Shown: positions 22,532-34,198, counted from the stretch's first letter. The stretch is DNA of 64,000 bases from an uncultured Candidatus Rokubacteria bacterium (GCA_963758635.1 CAVWWD010000008.1:1152001-1216000); one strand, 5' to 3'. Notes: generated from the sequence alone by a model not told the origin. Numbers and translations: made by a program.

Positions 22532-23299
22532 TCAGCGCGCGCCGGCCGGCGGCGGCTGGAACCCGTACTTGGCGAGCACGGTCCGGCCCTGCGCCCCGCT
22601 CAGCAGGTCCAGGAAGGCCTGGGCCAGCGCGGCCTGCTTCGAGGCCGCCACGACCGCCCCCGGGTACACCACGGGGCGGTACGTGTCCTCGGGCGGCCGG
22701 AACGCCTCCTTCACACCCTGGGCGCGCGCGGCCGCGTCCGTGGTGTAGACGAAGCCCGCGTCGACCTCGCCGCGCGCCACGTAGTCCAGGGCCTGACGGA
22801 CGTTCTCCGAGAAGATGAGCTTCGGCTGGATCTTGTCCCAGAGCCCGAGGGCACGCAGGCTCTCCTCCGCGTACTGTCCGGCGGGGACGGTCTTCGGATG
22901 GCCCATGACGATCTTCCCCACGCGCGCTTCCAGGAGATCCGCCGCCTTCGTGATGTCCACGCGCGAGTCCGCCGGCTTGATCACGGTCAGCACGTTCTTG
23001 GCGAAGGCGCGACGGCTCGCCGTCACGATGAGGTTCTGCTTCTCCAGCTCGTCCATCTGTCGCGACGCGGCGGACAGGAACACGTCCACGGGCGCGCCGG
23101 CCTCGATCTGCTTCTGCAGGTCGCCGGAGGCGCCGAAGTTGTAGCGGAGCGTCACGCCGGGGCGCGACGCCGTGAAGCCGCGGCCCAGCTCCTCCACCGC
23201 GTCCTTCAGGCTCACCGCCACCGACAGCACCATCTCCTGCGCCGAGGCGCCGGTGGCCGCCAGGACGACCAGCATCAGGGAAACGACGAGAGTCCTCAC
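22532..23299 (-). CDS. modA: Molybdate ABC transporter substrate-binding protein
   Basis: AVSLKDA, NFGASGDL..QIEAGAP, VPAGQYA and GFVYTTDA. Confidence 0.93.
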   Translation of the reverse strand: MRTLVVSLMLVVLAATGASAQEMVLSVAVSLKDAVEELGRGFTASRPGVTLRYNFGASGDLQKQIEAGAPVDVFLSAASRQMDELEKQNLIVTASRRAFAKNVLTVIKPADSRVDITKAADLLEARVGKIVMGHPKTVPAGQYAEESLRALGLWDKIQPKLIFSENVRQALDYVARGEVDAGFVYTTDAAARAQGVKEAFRPPEDTYRPVVYPGAVVAASKQAALAQAFLDLLSGAQGRTVLAKYGFQPPPAGAR

Positions 23300-23367
23300 G
23301 CATGCCCTCCTCGGATCGGAATCGTGAATCGCGATCGGCACGGCGGGCCGCCGATGGCCTCCGCCCG

Positions 23368-24205
23368 TCACTCCGCCGGACGCCTAGCGTACCGGCCGCG
23401 AGTGGCGAAGGCCACGAGAATCAGCCCCGCCACGTAGAGCGCCATCGTGGCGGGCTGGGGAACGGTCGCGACCACCTCGAGGCCCGTCAGGTTCGACAGG
23501 AACCGTCCCCCGCGGTTGTCGCCCGGGAAGATGAGCCGCGCGAACCCGGCGCCCGGGAAGTCGCCGTTGGTGTCCGCGTACGCCACCAGGTAGTTCGCCG
23601 CCCGCGGATTCAGGGCGGGATCCAGCTCGGCCAGGGAGAGGATCTCGCGGTATCCGTCGGTCGCCGTCGCGATGACGTAGCCGTCGAGGACGTCGCCAGA
23701 GAAGCCCGCCTCGGTGAGGAAATCCCACAGCCGCACGCCGGTGTAGTCGTTTGGGAGCCGTCGGGCCGCCCCCGCCGGTGAACGTCACGTCCTCGGCAAT
23801 GGTCGCAGGCAAGGCCTGGAGCGCGGCCAGGTCGAACGTGCCCGGCGTCACCCCCACGCCGGAGAGGGTGAACGACGTGGACTGAGAAGCCGGCTGATTG
23901 GGCGCTCCCGCCGCGCCGAACACGTCCAGGTTGATCAGGTCCTGGATGTTCCGCGCGCCCGTCGGGTCCTGGGGCGCCACGAAGACGGGCGTGGTGAGTG
24001 GATTGCCGTTCGCCGCGTAGGCGACCAGGAACGGCGGGGGCGCCCCGCCGAACCGCGGGTTCACCTCGCCGATGGAGACGAGCGAGCGCGCGCCGTCGCT
24101 CCCGGTCGCCACCACGCCGTAGCGGAGCTGCGGGTTGTTCGTGTTGCCGCCCGGCGGGATGGTCGTCACCACGTTCGACGTGGTCCCCGCGGCATTGCCG
24201 CCCAG
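23368..24205 (-). CDS. 5'-truncated protein with two Moco-fold-like domains and a PEP-CTERM-like tail (frameshift near 23750)
   Basis: VVATGSDG..SIGEVNP and IATATDGY..SLAELDP repeats; C-terminus VPQPATMAL, then a TM helix and a basic tail. Confidence 0.65.
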
Positions 24206-24247
24206 ATCAGCAGGCGAGCGTGTCGACCAGGGCGGGAGCGAAAGCCT

Positions 24248-25166
24248 TCAGGCCGGGCGGGGCGCCGAGCCGGCGGCCTCGAGGCGGCGCTTGGCCTCCG
24301 CGTAGACGTCCGCGGGCAACGGGCCCCTGCCGCAGGACCTCGACGTTGTGCCGGAGATGATCGGGGTTGATGGTCCCGACGATGTTCGTGTGCAGGTCGG
24401 GATGGGTGAAGGTGAAGCGCAGGACGAACTCCATCGGGGTCATGCCGTGCAGCAGGTCCCGCAGCTCCACCTTCTGCCACCGGTCCCACTGGACGCCTTC
24501 CTGCTTGCCCTCGGTGGGCGCGCCCTTGGCCGCGCCGCCCCGGACCACGATGCCGGCGCCCGCCCGGGCCGCCGCCGCGATGATGGCCTCGTGCTCGCGC
24601 TCCACCGCGGAGTAGGGGATCTGGAAGACGTCGAAGACGCCCATGGCGATGTGGTCGACGATGTGGGGCAAGGTGCCCGACATGCCGACGAACCGGGTCG
24701 TGCCGGCGCGCTTGAGCTCCAGCACGGTGTCGAGCGCCCCGTCCTTCTCCAGGGTGGCGCGGGACGGCGAGATGTGGAACTGGAGCACGTCGAGGTGATC
24801 GGTCCGCATCCGGGCCAGGCTCTGCTCCACGCCCCGCAGGATGTTGTCCCGCGTGAACACGTGCGGGCTCGTCTGGCCCCGCGGCGCCGGCGGCGCCCCC
24901 ACCAGGCATCCGCACTTGCTCGCCAGGTAGTACTGGTCGCGGCGGTCCGCGATGTAGCGGCCGATGCGCTCCTCGCTCACGCCGTAGTCGATCGACGTGT
25001 CGATGTAGTTGATGCCGGCGTCGAGCACGGCGTTGAGGATCGTCTCGGCCTGGGCGTCGCTCACGTCCCGGCCCCGCGGCGCCCCGCGGATCTCCATGGC
25101 GCCGTAGCCCAGCATGGTGACGGAGAGCCCGGTCCGTCCGAGTTGCCGCTTTGGTAGCTCGGTCAT
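24248..25166 (-). CDS. Aldo/keto reductase (frameshift near the C-terminus)
   Basis: LGRTGL..LGYGAM, IDTSIDYG, ASKCG and LQFH. Confidence 0.9.
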
Positions 25167-25200
25167 CGTCTGTCCTCCCTGGATCGATTCCAGCAGCGGT

Positions 25201-25629
25201 TCAGCGGGAACGGCGCGGCATGAGCGCGGAGCGGCGGCGCTCCGCTCCGACGGTGGCCGCCTTCGTCGTCTTGCGGGGGGCAGCCGTCCGCCGCGGCGCC
25301 TGAACCGCGTCGAGGGCGGCCAGATCGGCGGCGCTCGCCTTGGTCGCGGCGCGCTCGATCATCCGGTAGCGCGCGATGAGGTCGTGGCCCAGGCTGGTGA
25401 GCACGGCGCCGCCTCCGCGCGCGCCGCCGAGCTGCGTCTCCACCACCGGCGAGCGGAAGCACCGGTTGAGCTCGTCGATCAGCATCCAGGCGCGCCGGTA
25501 GGACATCTTCATCGCCCGGCCCGCGGCGGAGATCGATCCGGACTCGCCCACCAGCTCCAGCAGCCGGATCTTGCCCGGGCCGATGGCGCCCTGGTCCGAC
25601 AGGTCGATGCGGAGGGTCAGCCTCGCCAC
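25201..25629 (-). CDS. modE: ModE-type winged-helix regulator (no TOBE domains)
   Basis: IGPGKIRLLE..GSISAAGRAMKMSYRRAW..GGARGGGAVLT. Confidence 0.85.
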   Translation of the reverse strand: MARLTLRIDLSDQGAIGPGKIRLLELVGESGSISAAGRAMKMSYRRAWMLIDELNRCFRSPVVETQLGGARGGGAVLTSLGHDLIARYRMIERAATKASAADLAALDAVQAPRRTAAPRKTTKAATVGAERRRSALMPRRSR

Positions 25630-25712
25630 GGGCGGTAGGTTATCACCCCGCGGCTCCGGTCCGGCCTTCGCCGCGGGCCCACGCCCGAGCCCTCACGGCC
25701 CCGCCCGAGCTC

Positions 25713-26966
25713 TCACGGCCCCAGGTCGGCGAGGCGGCGCTCGAGGAAGCGGCGCTGCGGCTCCTGTCGCGTGAGGGAGAGCGCCCGCTCGTAGGCGGCG
25801 CGCGCCTCGTCCACCCGACCCAGCCGGCGGCACAGGTCGGCGCGCGCGGAGTGGGCGAGCGCGTAGCCCGCGAGGTCGCCCCGCGCGAGGATGGCGTCGA
25901 TCAGGGCCAGGCCCGCCGCCGGCCCATCGCGCATCGCCACCGCGGCGGCGCGGTTCAGCTCCACCACGGGCGACGGCGCGGCACGGGCGAGCACGTCGTA
26001 CAGGCCGACGATCCGGGGCCAATCCGTGAAGGCGGCGGTGGGCGCCTCCGCGTGGGCCTCGGCGATGGCGGCCTGGAGCGTGTACGGGCCGATGCGGCGC
26101 GACGCGAGCGACCGCTCGACCAGCGCGCGTCCCTCGGCGATCAGGGCGCGATCCCAGAGCGAGCGGTCCTGGTCGGCCAGGAGCACCAGCTCGCCGTCGG
26201 AGGAGGTCCGCGCGGGGCGACGCGACTCGTGCAGCAGCATCAGGGCCAGGAGCCCCATGGCCTCGGGCTCCGGCAGGAGGTCGACCAGGAGCCGCCCCAC
26301 CCGGATGGCCTCGCCCGAGAGATCGGCCCGCGTCAGCGACTCGCCCGACGAGGCCGAGTAGCCCTCGTTGAAGACCAGGTAGACGACGTGGAGCACCGTG
26401 TCCAGGCGGTCGGGCAGCTCGCGGAGGGAGGGGACCTCGTACGGGATCCGCGCGTCGCGGATCTTCGCCTTGGCGCGGACGATGCGCTGGGCCAAGGTGG
26501 GCGGCGCGGTGAGGAACGCGCGCGCGATCTCCTCCGTGGTGAGGCCGCACACCTCGCGCAGGGTGAGCGCCACCTGCGCGTCGGGCGGCAGCGCGGGGTG
26601 GCAGCACGTGAAGATCAGCCGGAGCCGGTCGTCCTCGATCTCTTCTGCCTCGCCCGGCGCGGCGCGGGCGGCCTCGGCTTCCAGGCGCTCCGCGAGCTCC
26701 GCCTGGGAGGCGTCGAACCGCGCCCGGCGGCGCATGGCGTCGATGGCCTTGAAGCGGCCCGCGGAGATCAGCCAGGCGCGCGGGTTCCCCGGCGTGCCCT
26801 CGCGCGGCCACTGCTCGACGGCGGCGGCGAAGGCCTCGTGGAGCGCCTCCTCCGCGAGATCGAAGCCGCCGAGCAGGCGGATGAGCGTCGCGAGCACGCG
26901 GCGGGACTCGGCCTGGTAGACCGCCTCCACCGCCTCGCGCGCGCGGTCGACGGCGGGATCGCTCAT
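25713..26966 (-). CDS. ECF sigma factor with C-terminal TPR extension (ECF42-like)
   Basis: [24 protein letters not shown] and YTLQAAIA; downstream of DGPF genes. Confidence 0.92.
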   Translation of the reverse strand: MSDPAVDRAREAVEAVYQAESRRVLATLIRLLGGFDLAEEALHEAFAAAVEQWPREGTPGNPRAWLISAGRFKAIDAMRRRARFDASQAELAERLEAEAARAAPGEAEEIEDDRLRLIFTCCHPALPPDAQVALTLREVCGLTTEEIARAFLTAPPTLAQRIVRAKAKIRDARIPYEVPSLRELPDRLDTVLHVVYLVFNEGYSASSGESLTRADLSGEAIRVGRLLVDLLPEPEAMGLLALMLLHESRRPARTSSDGELVLLADQDRSLWDRALIAEGRALVERSLASRRIGPYTLQAAIAEAHAEAPTAAFTDWPRIVGLYDVLARAAPSPVVELNRAAAVAMRDGPAAGLALIDAILARGDLAGYALAHSARADLCRRLGRVDEARAAYERALSLTRQEPQRRFLERRLADLGP

Positions 26967-26976
26967 CGGCGGGTGC

Positions 26977-27333
26977 TCAGGAGTGCGTGAGCTCCTGGAC
27001 CGGGCGCACCTCGATGATCCCGAGCCGCGCCGGCGGGAACCGGGCGGCGATCGCGCACGCCTCGTCCATGTCCCGGGCCTCGATCAGGAAGAACCCGCCG
27101 AGCTGCTCCTTGGTCTCCGCGAAGGGGCCGTCGGTGGTGGAGACCGTGCCGCCGCGGACGCGGATGGTGCGCGCCGTGCGGGCCGGCTGGAGCGCGTTCG
27201 ACACGATGTAGTGGCCGCTCCGCCGGATCTCGTCGTCGTAGTCCAGGGCCGAGTCGACCAGGGCCTGCATCTCGCCCTCGGGCAGGTCGTCCAGATCCTT
27301 CTCGTCGTGGAAGATCATGAACATGAACTTCAT
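26977..27333 (-). CDS. YCII-related (DGPF) protein
   Basis: [15 protein letters not shown]. Confidence 0.92.
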   Translation of the reverse strand: MKFMFMIFHDEKDLDDLPEGEMQALVDSALDYDDEIRRSGHYIVSNALQPARTARTIRVRGGTVSTTDGPFAETKEQLGGFFLIEARDMDEACAIAARFPPARLGIIEVRPVQELTHS

Positions 27334-27343
27334 GGGGCTCTCC

Positions 27344-27697
27344 TCACGGCCGCAGTTGCCTGATCGGCCGTATCTCGATGCTACCGTGCCGGGCCATGGG
27401 GACCTTCGACGCCACCTGGATGGCCTCGTTCAGGTCCCGGGCCTCGATCAGCAGGAACCCGCCGAGCTGCTCCTTGGTCTCGGCGAACGGGCCGTCGGTG
27501 GCGGACAGCTTGCCGCCCCGCACCCGGATGGTGGTCGCCGCCTCGACGGGCTGGAGCGCGTGCGCGACCACCAGGTGGCCGGCCCGGCGCAGGGTATCGT
27601 CGTAGGCCAGGCTCTCCTCGGTGCAGGACTCCGTCTCCGTCCGGGTCATCGCGTTCATCTCCGACTCGACCAGGTACACGAGGCAGACGTACTTCAT
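27344..27697 (-). CDS. YCII-related (DGPF) protein
   Basis: [24 protein letters not shown]. Confidence 0.92.
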   Translation of the reverse strand: MKYVCLVYLVESEMNAMTRTETESCTEESLAYDDTLRRAGHLVVAHALQPVEAATTIRVRGGKLSATDGPFAETKEQLGGFLLIEARDLNEAIQVASKVPMARHGSIEIRPIRQLRP

Positions 27698-27740
27698 GGC
27701 GCGCCTCCCGTTGCCGCCGATCGGGTGCCGACACCCCATA

Positions 27741-27766
27741 GTCGTTCCGGACAGCGGGGATCGACA
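27741..27766 (-). promoter_or_regulatory. ECF42-type promoter
   Basis: TGTCGA-N16-CGAC upstream of the YCII-YCII-ECF operon. Confidence 0.75.
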
Positions 27767-27809
27767 GCGCGCCGGGGCCGAGGCTCGCCCGGCCCGGTGA
27801 CTTCGAGTC

Positions 27810-28496
27810 CTAGTCGGACCGGACGGGACGCTCCCGGTAGAAGGACGGGAACGCCTTCATGAGCTGGTCGATCTTGGGCAGGTCGTGCATGACGATGTAG
27901 GGGTGTGTCGGGTGCTTGAGCAGGAAGTCCTGGTGATACGCCTCCGCCGGGTAGAAACCGTTCAGCGCGTCCACGCGGGTCACGATGGGGCGCGCGAAAG
28001 CCTTGGCCCGGCCGAGCTGGCCGATGTACGCCTGGGCGATCTTCTTCTGTGCCTCGTCCGCGTAGAACACGTTGGAGCGGTACTGCGGTCCCGTGTCCGG
28101 CCCCTGCCGGTTGAGCTGGGTCGGGTCGTGCACCACCGAGAAGTAGACGCGCAGGATCTCGCCGTATGACAGCTCGCCCGGGTCGAAGCGGATCTCGACC
28201 GACTCCGCGTGCGCGGTGGCGCCGCGGCTGACCGCGTCGTAGCTCGCCGACGCCTTGGTGCCGCCCGCGTACCCGGACAGCACCTTCTGCACCCCGCGGA
28301 CGTGCTGATAGACACCTTGCACGCCCCAGAAGCATCCGCCGGCGAGCACCGCGGTCTGCGTCGGCCCCGGCTTCTTCGGATTGTCGACGGCCGGCGCGGG
28401 AAGGACGGCCGCGTTCTCCGCGGCACGCGCCGGACCGACCATCAGCGCCGCCAGGACGGCCCCCGCCAGAGCAGCCGCACGGATCACCACCAGCAC
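27810..28496 (-). CDS. msrA: Peptide methionine sulfoxide reductase A with signal peptide
   Basis: AGGCFWG and FYPAEAYHQD. Confidence 0.95.
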   Translation of the reverse strand: MLVVIRAAALAGAVLAALMVGPARAAENAAVLPAPAVDNPKKPGPTQTAVLAGGCFWGVQGVYQHVRGVQKVLSGYAGGTKASASYDAVSRGATAHAESVEIRFDPGELSYGEILRVYFSVVHDPTQLNRQGPDTGPQYRSNVFYADEAQKKIAQAYIGQLGRAKAFARPIVTRVDALNGFYPAEAYHQDFLLKHPTHPYIVMHDLPKIDQLMKAFPSFYRERPVRSD

Positions 28497-28589
28497 GAAC
28501 GCTAGCCTATCACCGCCCCGCGCCCGGCGCCCGACCGGGCGCGGGGCCGCCGGCGTTGCGCAAGTGCCTGACCCCGGGGACGCGGGGAG

Positions 28590-29770
28590 TCACCACTTCA
28601 CGCGGGCGCGGAAGGCTTCCAGGCGCTGGAGGGCCGCGGTGACCGTCTTCGCGGAGAGGCGGCCCTGAGCGAGGGCCTGGCGGATGGCCGCCACCACGCG
28701 CTCGGTGGCGCGCGCCTCGCGCTTCACCGTGTTCTGGGAGATCAGGAGCACGTCGACGCCGGCGCCGAGCGCCAGGATCGACGCCTCCTCGACCCCGTAG
28801 CGATGCGTGACCGCGCTCATCAGGAGATCGTCGGACACGACCAGGCCCTTGAAGCCCAGGCGTGAGCGGAGCAGGCGGTTCACGGTGAAGCGGGAGAGCG
28901 AGGCCGGGTACCACGGATCGATGTGACGGTTGAACACGTGGCCCGGCATCACGCTGTCGGCGAGGCCCGCCTTCACGAGGGCCCGATACGGCGCCAGCTC
29001 GCGCTCGAGGTCCGCGGTGTCGGAGATGTCGGTGAAGCCGTGGTGCGAGTCCACGCGGCTCGAGCCGTGGCCAGGGAAGTGCTTGAGGCAGGTCAGCACG
29101 CCCGCCGCGTGCATGCCCGCGATGAACGCGCGCGCGTGCGCGGTGACCAGGTCGGGGTCGCTCCCGAAGGTGCGCCCGAGGTTGACCACGGCGGGATTGG
29201 TGGGGTTCACCGCCACGTCCACCACCGGCGCCAGGTTCCAGTTGATCCCCGCCTCGCGCAGGCGCGTGCCCATCCGCATGGCCTCGAGCTCGGTGAGGGC
29301 GAGGTCGCCGGCGTCGCCCAGCTCCTGGTGGGACGGCGAGGAGAGATAGCCGGCGCGCGTGGACAGCCGCATCACCGCGCCGCCCTCGCCGTCCGTCGCG
29401 ATCAGCAGCGGGCGGCCCGCGCACTGCCGGGCCAGGGCCTGGAGGTCCGCGGTGAGCTTGGCGACCTGCTCGGCGCTCACGACGTTGCGCGGCGTGCGCG
29501 TGGCCACGTCGCGCTCGAAGAGGATGACCCCGCCCACCTTCACGTCGCAGATCAGCGCGCGCAAGTCGTCGTTGCCGGCGACCTCGCTGCCGTGGAATCC
29601 CACCAGCAGGAGCTCGGCCACGGGCAGGGGACGGCGCGGAGCGGGGGCGGCGGCGGCGCTCGCGCAACCCTCCAGGACGATGCACGCGGCCACGAGGAGC
29701 GGAAGGAGGCGCGCGCGGACGAGGCGGCGATCGGGAGCGCGTCCGGGAGAGCGAGAGGCCCCGCGCCATC
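28590..29770 (-). CDS. nagZ: Glycoside hydrolase family 3 beta-N-acetylhexosaminidase, probable lipoprotein (start uncertain)
   Basis: DGEGG, KHFPGHG...DSH and SDDL motifs; LEGC lipobox-like. Confidence 0.85.
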
Positions 29771-29807
29771 GGCGCGCACGGGGTCCGATGCATGGCAGAA
29801 TCATAGC

Positions 29808-30866
29808 ATGCGCGGCACGCCCTTCCTGGACCGCTGGCCGTGGCGCCGACGCCCGGCCCGACGCGGTCTGGTCCTGGCGGGCGGCGGCGTGATCGGCGGG
29901 ATGTACGAGGTGGGCGCGCTCGCCGCCCTCGAGGAGACGGTCCCCGGGTTCAACGCGAACACGCTCGACGTGTACGTGGGCTCGAGCGCGGGCTCGGTGG
30001 TGGCCGCGCTCATGGCCAACGGCATCCGGCCGCGCGAGCTCTACACCATCCTCGACGAGGGCCGTGACGACCCGCTCAACTTCCAGCGCGGCGCCATCTT
30101 CCATCGCGGCGCCTCGGCCGGGGCGGCCTGGAATTTCGCGCAGGTCCTCTGGGCGGTGGGCAAGAACGTCGTCTCGAACCTGCATTTGGACTGGCCGGAC
30201 ATCCTCGCCCGCAGCCAGGGCGAGATGCCGCCAGGCTTCTACTCGCTGCGGAACCTCGAGGAGTTCATCCGTCAGGCCTTCGCGGCCCGCGGGCTCAGCA
30301 ACGATTTCCGCTCCTGCGCGCGCCCACTCCTGATCCCGGCGATCGACATCGACCGCGGCGAGCGCGTGGTGTTCGGGCGCGGACGGCCACTCCGCCGTGC
30401 CGATCTCCGAGGCCATCGCCGCGTCGTCGGCCATCCCGGGTTCTTCGAGCCGTACCACATCGGCGGCCGCGACTACGTGGACGGCGACGTGGGCTTCACC
30501 GGCCACGCCGACCTGGCCGTGGAGGCAGGCGCGCGGCTCCTGATCGTGGTCGAATCCTCTGGTGCCGCGGCGCGAGGCCGCCACCGGCGCCACGCTCCGG
30601 CGCCACGGCCTCTACGGCATCCTGGAGCAGGTGGGCCGCATCAACAGCCAGAACCTGCTGGAGGGGGGCTGCGCGAGCTGCTCCTGCGCGAGCCCGATCT
30701 CGCGTGTCACCTCGTGCAGCCGCCCGCGGACGGCGCGCCGGTGTTCGGGCCGTCGATGGGCTTCGAGGCCAGCCGCCAGGCGCTGCGGTTCGGCTACACG
30801 TCCACGCGCGAATGGGTGGCCGCGCAGGGCGCCGCCCTGAAGCGCCGGTTCGCCGAGAGCGCCTGA
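29808..30866 (+). CDS. Patatin-like phospholipase (internal frameshifts)
   Basis: LAGGG, GSSAG and YVDG motifs. Confidence 0.85.
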   Translation: MRGTPFLDRWPWRRRPARRGLVLAGGGVIGGMYEVGALAALEETVPGFNANTLDVYVGSSAGSVVAALMANGIRPRELYTILDEGRDDPLNFQRGAIFHRGASAGAAWNFAQVLWAVGKNVVSNLHLDWPDILARSQGEMPPGFYSLRNLEEFIRQAFAARGLSNDFRSCARPLLIPAIDIDRGERVVFGRGRPLRRADLRGHRRVVGHPGFFEPYHIGGRDYVDGDVGFTGHADLAVEAGARLLIVVESSGAAARGRHRRHAPAPRPLRHPGAGGPHQQPEPAGGGLRELLLREPDLACHLVQPPADGAPVFGPSMGFEASRQALRFGYTSTREWVAAQGAALKRRFAESA

Positions 30867-30879
30867 GGAGAGAGCTTCC

Positions 30880-31711
30880 ATGGAGCGTGTCCACGTCAAC
30901 GGCGTCGTCCTGGCCGTCGAGGAGTGGCCGGGCCGCGGGCCCGCCATCGTCTGCGTGCACGGGCTCAGCGCCAACCACCTGAGCTGGGACGCCTGGGCGC
31001 GCTTCCTGGCGCCGCGGCATCGCGTGATCGCCTACGACCTCCGCGGCCGCGGCGACAGCGACAAGCCCGACACCGGCTACAGCCTGGCCCAGCACGGCGC
31101 CGACCTGGCCGCCCTGCTCGACCACCTCGGGCTGCCGCGGGCCATCGTCATGGGCCACTCGCTGGGCGCGGCGATCGTCGCGCGATTCGCCGCGGACCGG
31201 CCGGAGCGCGTGGCGAAGCTCGTGCTCGGTGGACGGCGGCATGGACATGCGGCCGGAGGTCGTGGACGCGGTCGCGCCCGCGGTGAACCGCCTCGGCGTC
31301 GAGTTCGAGTCCATGGAGATGTTCCTCGGCCTCGTGCGGATGCTGCCGATGTTCCCGCGGTGGGACGAGTCGCTCGAGAAGTACTTCCGCTACGACGTGG
31401 AGACCCTGCCCTCGGGCGCGGTGCGCAGCAAGGCAGCGAAGGCCGCCATGCTGGAGGAGCTGACGAACCTCCGGCGCGAGCGGCTGTCCGCCTACCATCC
31501 GCGCATCGCCTGTCCCACGCTCATCCTGCGCGCGCCCGACGGCATCTTCACGGAGACGGACGTCATCATGTCGCAGGCGGAAGGGGAGGCGCTGGCCCGG
31601 GCCATCCCGAAGGCGGAGCTGGTGGTGCTGCCGGGGACCAACCACTACTCGATGATGCTCGGCGACAACCCCACGCTGGAGGCCGCCCTCTTCCGCTTCC
31701 TGGACGCCTGA
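30880..31711 (+). CDS. Alpha/beta hydrolase (frameshift near 31228)
   Basis: HG, DLRGRGDS, GHSLG and C-terminal NHY. Confidence 0.88.
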
Positions 31712-31794
31712 AGACTGCCGCGGCGCTCCCGGGACGTGCCGAGACGGCCGCTCTGGGGCGGGTGTCATGCTCGCATGACTTCGCGGGCGGGAAG

Positions 31795-34189
31795 CTACGG
31801 CGCCGGGACGACGACGGGCGGCGGGACGGCCGGGGTCGGGACCCGGGGCGGGGGCGGCGCCGTGTTGGGCGGCCGGGGCGCAGTGTGAAAGGTGTCCTCG
31901 ACGCCCGGGGTGATGCGCCGCATCTGATCGCTGACCCTCGCGGCCTCGAGGGCGGTGCCCACGACCCTCGGCGTGATCAGCAGGATCAGCTCGGTCTTCT
32001 CGGTCCTTTCCTGGGTGTGGCGGAACAGGTAGCCGATCACCGGGATCCGCCCGAGGAACGGAATGCCCGTGTGGATCGTGGCCTTCCGCTCCTGGATGAG
32101 CCCGCCGAGGACGAGCGTCTGGTTGTTCAGCAGCACCACGGAGGTCTCGGCCTCGCGCTTCTTGAACTCCGGCGAGTTGGTGGGCGGCACGGGGTCGCCG
32201 ACGTCGTTGACCTCCTGCTTCACGTCGAGCGCCACCGTGCCCTCCTCGCCGATGCGCGGCGTGACCGTGAGGACGACGCCCGCGTCGCGATACTCGACGG
32301 TCTGGGTGCCCACGATCCCCGTGGACGCGACCGGGCCGGGCGTGATGGTCGTGGTGCCGCCCACGGGAATCTGCTGCGACGTCAGGATGGGGACGGAGCG
32401 CGAGACGTTGATCACCGCCTTCTTGTTCTCGGCGGTCATGATCGACGGGTTCGACAGCACGTTCAGCTTGTTGTCCACGGCGAGCGCGTTCAGCGCGGCC
32501 AGGAACCGGTCGGCGGCGAACGCGAAGACGGTCAGCCCCGGGTTGAACAGCGCGAGGCCGTTCCGGAGAAAGTCGTTGGGCGGGGCCGGCACCACCTGGC
32601 GCCCCTGCGCGTTGATGATGTCGAACTTCCCCGTGCGCACGGCCCACTCGATGCCGAGCTTCATGTCGTCGGCCAGGGTGACCTCGGCGGCGAGCACCTC
32701 GATCAGCACCTGCCGGGGCATCTTGTCGAGCCTCTTGATCGTCTCGAGGATGTCCTTCCAGTTGCGCGGGTACGTGGTGACGATGATGGCGTTCGTCACC
32801 TCGTCGGCGATGAACCGCACCTCGCCGGTGACGCCGCCTTCCTCGCCCACCGATACGGTCGAGCCGGGCGGCCGCGCGGCCGCGCCCGTCGGCGTGGCGG
32901 GGCGCGGGGGTGGAGGCGGCGTGTACGACGAGGACGGACCGCCCTTGCACGCCGCCCGACGTGTCGGGGCCCTGCTGCGTGCCCGTGATGGCGGCCCCGC
33001 TGCCCTTGCCGAAGATGGCGTCGAGGGTGTTGGCCAGGTCGCGGGCCTTGGCGTTCTCCACGAAGTAGATGAACACGCGCTGGCCGCCGTAGATGTCCAC
33101 GTCGAGCTGCTCGACGAGCCGGCGCACCGTCTCCTGCTCGGGCCGGCTCGCGTGCACGATGAGCGAGTTCGAGCGCCGCTCCGCCACCACCAGCGGCGGC
33201 CGCTCGCCGATGTCGCTGGCCGTGGCCGCGCCGGGCGTCGCGGGCGGCCGCGGGGCGGCGCCGGGCGCGGCCGGCGGCGTGGGCCCGACGGCGGGCACCA
33301 CCACGGGCGCGCCGGCCCGCGTGCGCTGGCCGCCGAAGATCTGCGTGAGGAGCTGCGCCATCTCCTGCGCGTCCGCGTGCTTGAGCTGGATGATCTTCAG
33401 CTCCTGCAGCGCCACCTGCATGTCGGCCAGCGAGATCACGTCCAGGAGGCGGCGCACGTTGGACGCGACGTCCGTGATGATGAGCATGCCCGTCTGCGGA
33501 TGCGCCGCGATGCTGCCCGCGGCGGGTACGAACGGGCGCAGCAGGTTCATGGCGTCGGTGGCGCTGAGGAACTGGAGCGGGACGATCTGCGTCAGCACCT
33601 GGTCGCCGGGGACGGTGGGATCCACCTCGCGGCCCACGCTGGTGCGCACCGCGGTTTGCGGCGAGCCCTCGCGGGGGATGATGCGGTAGAGGTTCCCCGA
33701 GCGCACCGCGGCCAGCCCGTTCACGTCCAGGATGGTCAGCAGCACGTTGAAGATGTCGTCGCTGGCCAGGCGCTGCGGCGTCTGCACGGTGACCTTCCGC
33801 CCGCGCGCCGCGGGGGCGATCACGTAGTTGAAGCCGGCGATCTCGCTGGCCGCCTGCAGCACCACCTCGATGTCCGCGTTGTCGAAGTTGAACACCACGA
33901 ACCGGCGAGGCCCGGGCGGCGGGGTGGTGGGCGGCGTGACCGCGCGCGGCGGCGTCACGGCGGGCGCCGGCGGTGTGACAGGGGCAGGCGGAGGCGCCGG
34001 GACGGGCGCGGGCAGGGGCTTCGGCGCCTCCGCGACGGGAGCGGCGGCACGGCGGCGCACGGGCGCCGGCTGCACCGTGACCACCGGGGGCGGGGTCTCG
34101 ACGGTCGGGGCCGGGGGCTTCTTCGCGGTCGCGCAGCCGGCGAGCGCCAGCGTGAGCGCGGCAAGGACCAGACTCGAGCGCGTGAGCAC
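31795..34189 (-). CDS. gspD: Type II secretion secretin with lipoprotein signal (frameshifts near 32850-32960)
   Basis: LALAGC lipobox, FNFDNADI, N-domain repeats, QVLIEV..AEV and GIPFLGRIPVIGYLF. Confidence 0.92.
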
Positions 34190-34198
34190 GAGCGGGCA

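Noticed and set aside
23300..23367. ModE box upstream of modA
   Set aside because: No TATAT-N7-TAYAT-like site is visible
25682..25722. 20-bp tandem duplication at the ECF42 stop codon
   Set aside because: A simple local duplication with no further structure
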